This document shows, piece after piece, positions 1-10,414 of a stretch of 36,140 nt of DNA (position 1 is the stretch's first letter; every line of letters starts with the position of its first letter). A model generated the notes under the pieces. That model made no database searches and was not told the DNA's origin. It saw only the letters and a program-made list of their open reading frames with translations. The position numbers and the translations under genes are program-made. The stretch spans positions 1-36,140 of the forward strand of contig DASSPL010000438.1 in the NCBI GenBank assembly GCA_035699685.1, read 5' to 3'. This DNA is from Burkholderiales bacterium. Lineage in GTDB: Bacteria; Pseudomonadota; Gammaproteobacteria; Burkholderiales; SG8-39.

Positions 1-197
1 TCTGCAACCCGCCTCCTGTCCGGCCACAGCCGGACCTGAAGCGCTGGTTAATTTCGCTCACCGGAAGTAGCGATACTACTAGAAGCGCGCGTAGGCAGAT
101 TCCCACCTACTCCACCCTTTTTCTGGACTGAAAACCCACTAGGAGAGCAAGGACCGAAACATTTTTCGGCGCTCCTGCGCGCGCAGGAGAACAACAA
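1..197 (+). promoter_or_regulatory. rne 5' leader with hairpins, one occluding the Shine-Dalgarno (putative autoregulatory UTR)
   Basis: No convincing ORF lies upstream of rne. There is a hairpin CCGAAA-CATT-TTTCGG at 154-169. A perfect 18-nt palindrome CTCCTGCGC/GCGCAGGAG at 172-189 has a 3' arm containing the AGGAG SD (185-189), 8 nt before the GTG at 198. Confidence 0.4.
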
Positions 198-2909
198 GTG
201 AAGCGCATGTTATTCAACGCGACGCAGCAAGAAGAGCTGCGCGTCGCGATCGTCGACGGCCAGAAGCTCGTCGACCTCGATATCGAGTCGGCCTCAAGGG
301 AGCAGCGCAAGAGCAACATCTATAAAGGCATCATCACCCGCATCGAGCCCAGCCTCGAGGCTGCCTTCGTCGACTACGGCGAGGAGCGGCACGGGTTCCT
401 GCCGTTCAAGGAAGTCTCCCGCAGCTACTTCAAGGAAGGCGTCGACGTCGGCCGTGCCCGCATCCAGGATGCGCTGCGCGAAGGCCAGGAGCTGATCGTC
501 CAGGTCGAGAAGGACGAGCGTGGCACCAAGGGCGCCGCCCTGACGACGTTCATCAGCCTCGCAGGGCGATACCTCGTCCTGATGCCCAACAACCCGCGCG
601 GCGGCGGCGTCTCGCGCCGCGTCGAGGGCGAGGACCGCAACGAGCTGCGCGACACGCTGGACCAGCTGCAGCTTCCCGAGGGCATGAGCGTCATCGCCCG
701 CACCGCGGCGATCGGCCGCACCCCGGAAGAGCTGAACTGGGACCTGAACTACCTGCTGCAGCTCTGGCGGGCGGTGGAAAGCGCCTCGTCCGACGCCTCG
801 AAGAAGCCGTTCCTGATCTACCTCGAGTCGAGCCTGGTGATCCGCGCGATCCGCGACTACTTCCAGCCCGACATCGGCGAGATCCTGATCGACACCGAGG
901 AGATCTACGAGCAGGCCAAGGCATTCATGCAGACCGTGATGCCGGGCAACGTCAACAAGGTGAAGTTCTACCGCGACGACGTGCCGCTCTTCTCGCGCTT
1001 CCAGATCGAGCACCAGATCGAGAGCGCCTATTCGCGCCAGGTGTCCCTGCCCTCGGGCGGCGCCATCGTCATCGACCATACCGAGGCGCTGATCTCGATC
1101 GACGTCAACTCGGCGCGCGCCACGCGCGGCGGCGACATCGAGGAAACCGCCTATCGCACCAACCTGGAGGCGGCCGAGGAAGTCGCCCGCCAGCTCAGGC
1201 TGCGCGACCTGGGCGGCCTGATCGTCATCGACTTCATCGACATGGAGTCGCAGCGCAACCAGCGGGAGGTGGAGAACCGGCTGCGCGACGCGCTCAAGTT
1301 CGACCGCGCCCGCGTGCAGATCGGCAAGATCTCGCGCTTCGGCCTGATGGAGCTCTCGCGCCAGCGGCTGCAGCCCTCGCTCGAGGAGACGGCGCACATC
1401 AACTGTCCGCGCTGCAGCGGCACCGGCTTCATCCGCGGCACGGAATCGACCGCCCTGCACGTGCTGCGCATCATGCAGGAAGAGGCGATGAAGGAAAACA
1501 CCGGCGCGGTGCATGCCCAGGTGCCGGTCGACGTCGCATCGTTCCTCCTGAACGAGAAGCGCGCCGAGATCCAGAAGCTCGAAGGCCGCCTCAAGGTGAA
1601 CATCGTGCTGGTGCCCAACCCGCACCTCGAGACGCCGCACTACAAGGTGCAGCGCCTGCGGCACGACGAGCTGAACGAGATGGAGCACGTGCCCTCGAGC
1701 TACGAGATGGTCGAGCAGCCCGAGGAGCCGAAAGCCCCGGGGGCCGAGACCGCCGAAGCCAAGCTCGAGCGCCAGCAGCCGGTGGTGAAGGGCATCACGC
1801 CCACGCAGCCGGCGCCGATGGTCGACGACTCGCAGCCGCGCCAGGCGCGTCCGGCGGCGCCGCGGCCCGCACCGCAGCCCGAGCCGGCGCCGATCGTGCA
1901 ACCGGTGGTCGCCGTGGCCAGCGCGGGGACCGGGTTCCTGTCCAAGATCTTGTCGATGTTCAAGCCGCCGGCGCCGGCAACCCCCGCGCCCGCGGCAGCC
2001 GCGCCTGCTCCGGCCAGCCAGCCGGGCCAGTCGCAGCGCGATCCGCGGCGCGACCAGCAGCGCCGTGATCACCCGAGACGCGACGGGCGCGACGGACGCG
2101 AAGGTCGCGAGGGACGCCGCGACGGGCGCGATGGCGAGCATCGCCGCGAGGGACGCGACCGCCAGCAGCACGGGCGCCTCGAGCAGCGGCCCCGCGGCAA
2201 CGGCCCGCAGCGCGAAGGCGGCCAGCAGCGCGAAGGCGGCCAGCGGCACGAACAGCGCGGCGAGCGCGGCGAGCGGGGTGACCGCGGCGATCAGCAGCGC
2301 CGCCCTGACCAGCAGCAGCGGCAGCCGCGTCCTCCCCAGCAACCGCCGCAGCAAGGCCAGCCGCAGCAGAATCAGCAGCCGCGGCCGGAGCGCGACGGCG
2401 CGCCGCGGCCCGAAGGCGAGCGTGACGAGCAGCGCCGGGGACGCCGCAACCGCGGCGGTCGCGACCGCAATCGCGGCGACCGGCCACGCGAGGACCAGTC
2501 GCCCGCGGCTGTCTCGCTCGCGGAGCAGCAGCGCCGCATCCACGAGCTGGAATCACGCGCCGAGGAAAGCGCGCACCAGGCAGCGCCGCAGGCACGACCC
2601 GAGCCCGAGCCGACACCGGCGCCGGCGCCCGTGTATGAGAGCCGCCCCGTACCGGAAACCCGTTCCTACGAACCGGCGCCTGAGCCTGCTCCGGCGCCGG
2701 CCCCCAGGCCGCGGGCCGAGGAGCCGCGCATCGACGCGAAGCAGATCCTCGACGACTCGGGCCTGGTGATGGTCGAGACCGACCGCGCCAAGGTGAAGGT
2801 CCAGCCGCAGGTCGTGGAGGAGCCGCCGCAGCCGGCCGGCCGGCCGCGCCGCGAGCGGCCGAAGCCGCCGCCCGAAGACCTGGTCCAGGTCGAAACTAGC
2901 CGGAAGTAG
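198..2909 (+). CDS. rne: Ribonuclease E
   Basis: 903-aa ORF with a GTG start after AGGAG. The N-terminal half matches the RNase E/G core ([25 protein letters not shown]1-domain [33 protein letters not shown], Zn-link CPRCSGTG). The C-terminal ~400 aa are Arg/Pro/Gln/Glu low-complexity, as in RNase E scaffold regions. Confidence 0.97.
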   Translation: MKRMLFNATQQEELRVAIVDGQKLVDLDIESASREQRKSNIYKGIITRIEPSLEAAFVDYGEERHGFLPFKEVSRSYFKEGVDVGRARIQDALREGQELIVQVEKDERGTKGAALTTFISLAGRYLVLMPNNPRGGGVSRRVEGEDRNELRDTLDQLQLPEGMSVIARTAAIGRTPEELNWDLNYLLQLWRAVESASSDASKKPFLIYLESSLVIRAIRDYFQPDIGEILIDTEEIYEQAKAFMQTVMPGNVNKVKFYRDDVPLFSRFQIEHQIESAYSRQVSLPSGGAIVIDHTEALISIDVNSARATRGGDIEETAYRTNLEAAEEVARQLRLRDLGGLIVIDFIDMESQRNQREVENRLRDALKFDRARVQIGKISRFGLMELSRQRLQPSLEETAHINCPRCSGTGFIRGTESTALHVLRIMQEEAMKENTGAVHAQVPVDVASFLLNEKRAEIQKLEGRLKVNIVLVPNPHLETPHYKVQRLRHDELNEMEHVPSSYEMVEQPEEPKAPGAETAEAKLERQQPVVKGITPTQPAPMVDDSQPRQARPAAPRPAPQPEPAPIVQPVVAVASAGTGFLSKILSMFKPPAPATPAPAAAAPAPASQPGQSQRDPRRDQQRRDHPRRDGRDGREGREGRRDGRDGEHRREGRDRQQHGRLEQRPRGNGPQREGGQQREGGQRHEQRGERGERGDRGDQQRRPDQQQRQPRPPQQPPQQGQPQQNQQPRPERDGAPRPEGERDEQRRGRRNRGGRDRNRGDRPREDQSPAAVSLAEQQRRIHELESRAEESAHQAAPQARPEPEPTPAPAPVYESRPVPETRSYEPAPEPAPAPAPRPRAEEPRIDAKQILDDSGLVMVETDRAKVKVQPQVVEEPPQPAGRPRRERPKPPPEDLVQVETSRK
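2211..2246 (+). repeat. 18-nt tandem duplication inside the rne low-complexity tail (QREGGQ x2)
   Basis: cgcgaaggcggccagcag (2211-2228) is followed directly by cgcgaaggcggccagcgg (2229-2246), with one mismatch. Confidence 0.85.
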
Positions 2910-3354
2910 CGCTTTTCAGGTCCTGGAGGAGGTCACGGCATGTGGCCTCCACCAGGTCCAGCACCCTCTCGAAGCCCTCGGGCCCGCCGTAGTACGGGTC
3001 CGGCACGTCGCGCCCGGCGACGAACAGGCGGATCTTGTGGCGGTGCCCGTCCGGCGCCATGCGCTCGAGCGAGCGCAGGTGACCGCGGTCCATCGCCAGG
3101 ATGAGGTCGAACTCCTCGAAGTCGGCCGCCCTCACCTGCCGCGCGCGTAGCGCGCTCAGGTCGTAGCCGCGCGTCTTCGCATGCTTCTGCGCGCGCTCGT
3201 CGGGCGGATGGCCGATGTGCCAGTCGCCGATCCCGGCCGACTGGATGTGCAGCACGATGCCCTCCTCCCTCGCCAGATGGCGCAGCACCGCCTCCGCCGT
3301 CGGCGAGCGGCAGATGTTCCCTGTGCAGACGAAGAGCACCGAGCGTTTTTTCAT
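2896..3354 (-). CDS. Low-molecular-weight protein-tyrosine phosphatase
   Basis: 152 aa. The N-terminal P-loop [16 protein letters not shown] carries CX5R(S/T), and a DPYYG Asp-loop lies near the C terminus. The 3' end overlaps the rne 3' end by 14 nt (convergent). Confidence 0.9.
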   Translation of the reverse strand: MKKRSVLFVCTGNICRSPTAEAVLRHLAREEGIVLHIQSAGIGDWHIGHPPDERAQKHAKTRGYDLSALRARQVRAADFEEFDLILAMDRGHLRSLERMAPDGHRHKIRLFVAGRDVPDPYYGGPEGFERVLDLVEATCRDLLQDLKSATSG

Positions 3355-3372
3355 GCTGCCCTAAGATACCGC

Positions 3373-3852
3373 ATGGCCCTGAAGACCCGGCGCGCCACGC
3401 GGCGCGACGCGCCCGCGCTGATCGCCTTCAACTCGGCGATGGCGCTCGAGACCGAAGGGAAAGTGCTCCTGCCGCGGGTCATCGGCGCCGGCGTGCGGGG
3501 CCTGCTGCGGCGGCCGGACTCCGGCTTCTACACGCTCGCCGAGCGCGATGGCGAAGTGATCGCCGCGCTGATGGTGACCCGGGAATGGAGCGACTGGCGC
3601 AACGGCGACTTCTGGTGGATCCAGAGCGTCTATGTGCGCCCGGAATTCCGCCGCCAAGGGGTGTACCGCAGGCTCTATCGCCACCTGCAGGCATTGGCGG
3701 CGAAGAAGAGCGCGGTGTGCGGCTTCCGGCTCTACGTCGAGCGCAACAACCGCCGCGCGCAGGCGACCTATCGCGCCTGCGGCATGGACCGCACCGGCTA
3801 TCTCGTCTTCGAGCAGCTCAAGCCGGGCGTGCGGTTCTTCAGGCCGGCCTAA
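3373..3852 (+). CDS. GNAT family N-acetyltransferase
   Basis: I moved the start to ATG 3373 because the longer ORF from 3181 is antisense to the phosphatase gene. The acetyl-CoA motif region is IQSVYVRPEFRRQGVYRRLYRHL (R-x-x-G-x-G/A type). 159 aa. Confidence 0.8.
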   Translation: MALKTRRATRRDAPALIAFNSAMALETEGKVLLPRVIGAGVRGLLRRPDSGFYTLAERDGEVIAALMVTREWSDWRNGDFWWIQSVYVRPEFRRQGVYRRLYRHLQALAAKKSAVCGFRLYVERNNRRAQATYRACGMDRTGYLVFEQLKPGVRFFRPA

Positions 3853-4370
3853 CGGTAGAAGACGTGGCGGCCGATGCGGGCGACCCGCTCGTGCTCCCTT
3901 GACCAGGCGGGCTGCACATAGGTGGCGTGATAGTGCAGGACGCCCGGCAGCATCGCCGCGCGGCGCTGATAGTAGACGTCGTCGGCTACCTTGAGGGCGC
4001 GCCGCCATTCGCCTCCGGCCGGGCGCGCGACGCGCTGCGCGGTCCAGGAGAAGGCGCTCTTCTGGTACACGACCTCGCATACCGTCTTCGGGTAGCCGAG
4101 CGAGGACTTGCGGTTCATGGTGACCTCGGCGACCGCGTACTGCCCGGCGATCGGTTCTCCCCGCGCCTCGTGATAGACGTTCAGCGCCAGGCACTCGACG
4201 CTGCGCGCATGGAAGTCGCGCACAGCGGCGCGCTGGTCGTCGCGCTGTTTCGATACCGCATTCGCGGTCACGGCCAGCACACCGATCACCACCGCGACGA
4301 ACAGCGCCGCGGCCAGCGCCGTGGTGTCCAGGCGATACCAGAAGAGCCGCAGTTTCCAGAACATCGGCAC
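3849..4370 (-). CDS. Cell-wall hydrolase, SleB/Hydrolase_2 family, membrane anchored
   Basis: 173 aa. An N-terminal hydrophobic span (ALAAALFVAVVIGVLAV) is followed by the motif characteristic of SleB-type hydrolases (CLALNVYHEARGEP...AVAEVTMNR). Confidence 0.78.
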   Translation of the reverse strand: MPMFWKLRLFWYRLDTTALAAALFVAVVIGVLAVTANAVSKQRDDQRAAVRDFHARSVECLALNVYHEARGEPIAGQYAVAEVTMNRKSSLGYPKTVCEVVYQKSAFSWTAQRVARPAGGEWRRALKVADDVYYQRRAAMLPGVLHYHATYVQPAWSREHERVARIGRHVFYR

Positions 4371-4411
4371 GACTGTGCCGGGTCCCGGGAGGCGCCGTTA
4401 GGTCAAAGTGC

Positions 4412-5393
4412 CTAGCGCGCCGGCGCCGGGCGCAAGCGAGTGTTAGACACCACGCCCGATGGGGAAAACAGCACGACGAGCTCGTCGCGCAGGTGGCGCG
4501 GCTTCTGCGGCGGCCCGAAGTCGTAGGACCACACCTCGTAGCCGTTATCGAAGCGGATGGCCGTGCCTTCGCCGAAGGCGGCCCGGACGTCCGCTTTCGA
4601 GCTGCCCGTGAACATGGCGTACGGGCCGTTCGCGGGCGCGGCGTCCATGTATTCGAAGCTCACCCGCGTGTCGTCCGGCCAGCTGCGGTCGCCGAGCGGC
4701 AGCAGGTAGGCGCGGTCGAGCAGCACCTCGCAGTCGCAGTAGCGCCGGATTTCCTTCGGCGTGCGCCCGTGCGGGATGCCGGCGTAAAGGTGGCCGACCG
4801 ACAGCACCTGCCGCCGCTCGCCGGCTTCCATCGTGACGCCGAGGAGCGGCCGCTCGGCGAAGAAGAGGTAGGGCGCGACATCGCCCTGGTTGCAGAAATC
4901 CGCGAGGAAGTTGACCAGGCGGTCGATGAACGACGGGTACTGCGAGATGAGCCCCGCCTCGACGCCCACCAGGCACTCGAGCCGCAGGTCGCCCAGCCGG
5001 CGCACGTCTGCGCCGAGGCCCGGCGTGCGCACGTCGGCGCGCCAGGTCATCGTGTCGGCGCGCCGGTCGGAGCGCACGCTGGCGTCCTCGCGCAGTGCCT
5101 TTCCGTCGCGCGGCAGCGTGAAGGTCCGGTCCGCCGCGACGTTCACCGGGATCAGGACACTGTCGCCGACGATCTGCACCAGGATGTCGCGCATGTCGGT
5201 ATCGCGCTTGCGCGGCAGGAGCTTGTAGCGCAGCGTCGCCTTCGGCGCGAGGGCGCGCTTCTCCTCGAACAGATCCATGCCCTTCACCATCTTGCGATAC
5301 GACTTGTCGACCGGGTCGCGCACCGCCTTGATGACGATGGCGTCGTCATCCGCCGCCCACGCCGGCGCAGCGCCCAGGAGAAGAGCGAGCGCG

Positions 5394-5416
<23 letters not shown>
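4412..5416 (-). CDS. Secreted hypothetical protein
   Basis: 334 aa with signal peptide [25 protein letters not shown] and high GC3. I recognise no family motif. The start overlaps the uvrB 3' end by 23 nt on the same strand. Confidence 0.6.
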
Positions 5417-7421
<2,005 letters not shown>

Positions 7422-7453
7422 TGTTGCAGCGCGAAACCCACCATTTTAGACGA

Positions 7454-8656
7454 ATGAACGCCCCCCACTCCCCCTCTTTGCTGGCTTCGGTGCCGATGGC
7501 GCCGAGCGATCCGATCCTCGGCGTCACGGAAGCGTTCCACGCCGACCCGAATCCGAAGAAGGTGAACCTCGGCGTGGGCGTCTACTACGACGACAACGGC
7601 AAGGTGCCGCTCCTCGAGTGCGTGCGCCGCGCCGAGGCCGAGCGTCTCAAGGCGGCGCCGCCGCGCGGCTACCTGCCGATCGACGGCCTGGCGGCGTATG
7701 ACCGCGGCGTCCAGCAGCTCGTCTTCGGCAAGGAGGACAAGCGCTTCGTCACCGTCCAGGCCATCGGCGGCACCGGCGGCCTGAAGATCGGCGCCGACTT
7801 CCTCAGGCTCGCCAGCCCGCAATCCGAGGTGTGGATCAGCGACCCGAGCTGGGAAAACCACCGGCAGCTCTTCGAAGCGGCCGGCTTCAAGGTAAAGAGC
7901 TACCCGTACTACGACGCAAGGACGCGCGGCCTCGATTTCGCCGGCATGCGCGACGCGCTCGACCGCGCGCCCGCCGGCACCATCGCCGTGCTGCACGCCT
8001 GTTGCCACAACCCGACAGGCGTCGACCTGAACGCGGCGCAGTGGAAAGAGATCCTCGGCGTCGTCCAGCGCCGCGGCCTCGTTCCTTTCCTCGACCTCGC
8101 CTACCAGGGCTTCGCCGACGGCCTCGACGCCGACGCCTATGCGGCGCGCCTTTTCTCGGAGGCCATGAGCCCGGTGTTCCTGTCGAGCTCGTTCTCGAAG
8201 TCCTTCTCGCTCTATGGCGAGCGCGTCGGCGCCTTCAGCGCCGTCACGGCGAACCCGGAGGAAGCTGCGCGCGTGCTGTCGCAGGTGAAGCGCCTCGTGC
8301 GCACCAACTACTCCAACCCGCCGACGCACGGCAGCCAGCTGGTCGCCGCGGTCCTCGCCTCGGGCGAGCTGCGGGCGCAGTGGGAGCAGGAGCTCGGCGC
8401 CATGCGCGACCGCATCAAGAGCATGCGGCTCGACCTGGTGGCGAAGATCAAGGAGCGCGCGCCGAAAGCCGAATTCGGCCACGTCATCGCCCAGCGCGGC
8501 ATGTTCTCGTATACCGGGCTGACCCGCGAGCAGGTGCAGCGCCTGCGCAAGGAGTATTCGATTTACGCCATCGAGACCGGGCGCATCTGCGTCGCCGCGC
8601 TCAACTCGAAGAACATCGACTACGTCGCCGGGGCCATCGCCGCCGTCATCCAATAG
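7454..8656 (+). CDS. Aspartate/aromatic amino acid aminotransferase (class I, AspC/TyrB type)
   Basis: Motifs are APSDPILGVTEAF, VNLGVGVYYDDNGKVP and the PLP-lysine motif SFSKSFSLYGERVG. I chose ATG 7454. The ORF-track start at 7421 would abut the uvrB start, and ATG 7496 is an alternative. Confidence 0.92.
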   Translation: MNAPHSPSLLASVPMAPSDPILGVTEAFHADPNPKKVNLGVGVYYDDNGKVPLLECVRRAEAERLKAAPPRGYLPIDGLAAYDRGVQQLVFGKEDKRFVTVQAIGGTGGLKIGADFLRLASPQSEVWISDPSWENHRQLFEAAGFKVKSYPYYDARTRGLDFAGMRDALDRAPAGTIAVLHACCHNPTGVDLNAAQWKEILGVVQRRGLVPFLDLAYQGFADGLDADAYAARLFSEAMSPVFLSSSFSKSFSLYGERVGAFSAVTANPEEAARVLSQVKRLVRTNYSNPPTHGSQLVAAVLASGELRAQWEQELGAMRDRIKSMRLDLVAKIKERAPKAEFGHVIAQRGMFSYTGLTREQVQRLRKEYSIYAIETGRICVAALNSKNIDYVAGAIAAVIQ

Positions 8657-8731
8657 CAGGAAGTCGCGAGCCCCCGGCGAGCGGGGGGTTCGGGTAAAAT
8701 CGCCGGCTGTAATTCCGCATCACAACCCAAT

Positions 8732-8807
8732 TCCCCGATAGCTCAGTTGGTAGAGCGACGGACTGTTAATCCGCAGGTCCCAGGTTCGAGCCCTGGTCGG
8801 GGAGCCA
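8732..8807 (+). tRNA. tRNA-Asn (anticodon GTT)
   Basis: A 76-nt cloverleaf can be read by hand. The acceptor stem is TCCCCGA/TCGGGGA, the D-arm is AGCTCAGTTGGTAGAGC, the anticodon loop is CTGTTAA, the T-arm is GGTTCGAGCC, and the discriminator G plus encoded CCA follow. Confidence 0.95.
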
Positions 8808-8891
8808 GCTCCTTCAAGTAGTCAGTGCGCATCTCGCGCAAACGTCGGGATTACCCCGCCGCTCCGTTCATTCTTTGTAAAGGAATCAGCC

Positions 8892-9077
8892 ATGTGGAAG
8901 ATCAAAGTAGCGGAGACGCACGTGGGCGTGCTGCGCCAGCATCTGACAGACATCGGCGAGTACACGAGCGATGGCAACACGTCGGGTTACTGGATCTACG
9001 GCACCGAGTCACCGCGCGTCTTCTCGCGCTGGTGCCGGGCGTATGAAGAAGCCGGCGCGCCTTACACCGTACTCTGA
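8892..9077 (+). CDS. Small hypothetical protein (61 aa)
   Basis: ATG is preceded by AAGGA 6 nt upstream. This frame shows GC3 bias, unlike the overlapping 8825 frame. A hairpin terminator follows directly. I recognise no family. Confidence 0.4.
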   Translation: MWKIKVAETHVGVLRQHLTDIGEYTSDGNTSGYWIYGTESPRVFSRWCRAYEEAGAPYTVL

Positions 9078-9080
9078 CTA

Positions 9081-9109
9081 GAAAGGCCCAGCACCCGCTG
9101 GGCCTTTCT
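9081..9109. terminator. Bidirectional intrinsic terminator between the 61-aa ORF and the cpxP-like gene
   Basis: GAAAGGCCCAGC-ACCC-GCTGGGCCTTTC forms a 12-bp stem. It is flanked by T-rich sequence on the + side (TTTCTGCTTT) and by A-rich/T-rich sequence on the complement. Confidence 0.65.
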
Positions 9110-9113
9110 GCTT

Positions 9114-9596
9114 TCAGCCGCGGTGGCGCGGGCCGTGCCCGCGGCGCGGCTCGCGCAGCTTGTCGAACTGGGCGCGCTGCTCCGGCGTCAGCACGCTGCG
9201 AACGCGGTTATGCGTCTGCGCGTGCATCACGGCGAGGTCGGACATCGCCTTAGCCTGCGCATCCGCGGCGCGGCGCACCGCCGCCTCGTCGAGGCGATCG
9301 GCCGAGGCAAGCTTGTGCAGCTCCTCGCGCGCCGCGCGCACCTTCTTCATCTGCTCGCGGAAAGCCGGCGTCTGCTCGTGCCGGATCTTGAAGATCTGGT
9401 CCTGCTGCGCGTCGGTGAGGTTCAGCTGCCGGTACATGCCGCGCATGCCGTGGCCCTGGTGACCGTGGCCGTCCATGGACATGCGATGCGCCCCCGGGCG
9501 CTCGGCCGGGCCGGACGCCGGCTGGGCCTGGGCAAGCGATGCGACGCCGAGGGCCATGCTGCTGGCGAGGAGGAAGCGGGTGATCGAGACTTTCAT
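9114..9596 (-). CDS. cpxP: Periplasmic Spy/CpxP/ZraP-family protein (LTXXQ motifs)
   Basis: I moved the start to ATG at 9596, giving 160 aa (the ORF-track extension is antisense to cpxR). It has signal peptide MKVSITRFLLASSMALGVASLAQA and two LTXXQ motifs (LNLTDAQQ, LTPEQRAQ). A His/Met-rich stretch MSMDGHGHQGHGMRGM and a C-terminal RRGHGPRHRG are also present. It is divergent from a cpxRA-like pair. Confidence 0.8.
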   Translation of the reverse strand: MKVSITRFLLASSMALGVASLAQAQPASGPAERPGAHRMSMDGHGHQGHGMRGMYRQLNLTDAQQDQIFKIRHEQTPAFREQMKKVRAAREELHKLASADRLDEAAVRRAADAQAKAMSDLAVMHAQTHNRVRSVLTPEQRAQFDKLREPRRGHGPRHRG

Positions 9597-9653
9597 GGTT
9601 TCCCTTTCGTTGAAACGACGCCGCCAGTGTGCGCCGGCCGCGTTCAAAGGCAC

Positions 9654-9679
9654 GTTAATGCTCCGTAAAGCTGGGTAAA
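9654..9679. promoter_or_regulatory. CpxR-type operator: GTTAA-N6-GTAAA-N5-GTAAA direct repeats in the cpxP/cpxR divergent intergenic region
   Basis: GTAAA (9665-9669), GCTGG, then GTAAA (9675-9679) is an exact match to the E. coli CpxR consensus GTAAA-N5-GTAAA. A third degenerate half-site GTTAA lies at 9654-9658, one helical turn upstream. Confidence 0.55.
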
Positions 9680-9728
9680 GAGCTGTTACCAGCCGTGGCG
9701 CCATCACGGGCGTGGCTATCATCAGCGC

Positions 9729-10412
9729 ATGAGCGCGCAAGTCCTGCTGGCCGACGATGATGCGGAGCTCGGCGCGATGCTGAAGGAGTATCTCGAGCGC
9801 GAGGGCTTCGGCGTCACGGTGGTGCACGACGGCGAGGCGGCCGCGCGCCAGGCGCTTTCCGGCGCGCACCAGATCGTGGTGCTCGACGTGATGATGCCGA
9901 AGCTGGACGGTGTCGAGGCGCTGCGGCGCATCCGCCAGTCGAGCCTGCCGTTTAACCGTATCCCGGTCATCATGCTCACGGCCCGGGGCGACGACGTCGA
10001 CCGTATCCTCGGCCTCGAGCTCGGCGCCGACGACTACGTGCCGAAGCCCTGCACGCCGCGCGAGCTCGTGGCGCGGCTGCGCGCCATCCTGCGCCGCCTG
10101 CAGCCCGCGCCCGGCGCGGGCCCGCTCGAGGTCGGCACCCTCCTCCTGTGGCCGGAGAAGCGCCGCGTCGAGTCGACGGGGCGCGAGATCGAGCTGACCA
10201 GCATCGAGTTCAACATCCTCGAGGTGCTGATGCGCAACGCCGGCCGGCTGGTGAGCAAGAGCGAGATCTCCGAGCAGGCGCTCGGCCGGCCGCTCGCGCG
10301 CTTCGACCGCAGCATCGACGTGCACCTGTCGAGCATCCGCCAGAAGCTCGGCGATGCCGCCAGGCTGATCCGCACGGTGCGCGGCCTCGGCTACCACCTG
10401 GTGAAGGAGTAG
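9729..10412 (+). CDS. cpxR: OmpR-family response regulator, CpxR-like
   Basis: 227 aa. The receiver domain shows LLADDD and LDVMMPKLDG. It shares long blocks with E. coli CpxR (PVIMLTARG, DRILGLELGADDYVPKP, RELVARLRAILRR, FDRSIDVHLSSIRQKL) and has a winged-helix C terminus. Confidence 0.9.
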   Translation: MSAQVLLADDDAELGAMLKEYLEREGFGVTVVHDGEAAARQALSGAHQIVVLDVMMPKLDGVEALRRIRQSSLPFNRIPVIMLTARGDDVDRILGLELGADDYVPKPCTPRELVARLRAILRRLQPAPGAGPLEVGTLLLWPEKRRVESTGREIELTSIEFNILEVLMRNAGRLVSKSEISEQALGRPLARFDRSIDVHLSSIRQKLGDAARLIRTVRGLGYHLVKE

Positions 10413-10414
10413 CC

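Noticed and set aside
61-72. 12-mer CCGGAAGTAGCG present both in the rne leader (61-72) and at the rne 3' end (2900-2911)
   Set aside because: Single 12-nt matches are expected by chance many times in a 36-kb window. The similarity does not extend on either side.
294-2543. 749-aa ORF antisense to rne
   Set aside because: This is a shadow ORF of a GC-rich gene. The product is Ala/Arg/Leu/Gly low-complexity with no motifs, and it lies wholly inside the well-supported rne frame.
7422-7453. SOS (LexA) box upstream of uvrB
   Set aside because: The 32-nt uvrB/aminotransferase intergenic region contains no CTGT-N8-ACAG-like palindrome. If regulation exists, it is not visible here.
8732-9113. Genomic island or integrative element at tRNA-Asn
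   Set aside because: I found no integrase, no recombinase and no direct repeat of the tRNA 3' end. Only ~300 nt separate the tRNA from core-looking cpx genes.
9597-10397. Long N-terminal extensions in the ORF track (cpxP ORF to 10397; kinase ORF from 10148; amidohydrolase ORF from 26822; Gly-zipper ORF to 17070; aldolase ORF to 24187; MFS ORF to 32175)
   Set aside because: Each extension overlaps a better-supported neighbouring gene on the same or opposite strand. Each lacks signal or domain features. In each case an internal start with a proper SD and/or signal peptide exists.
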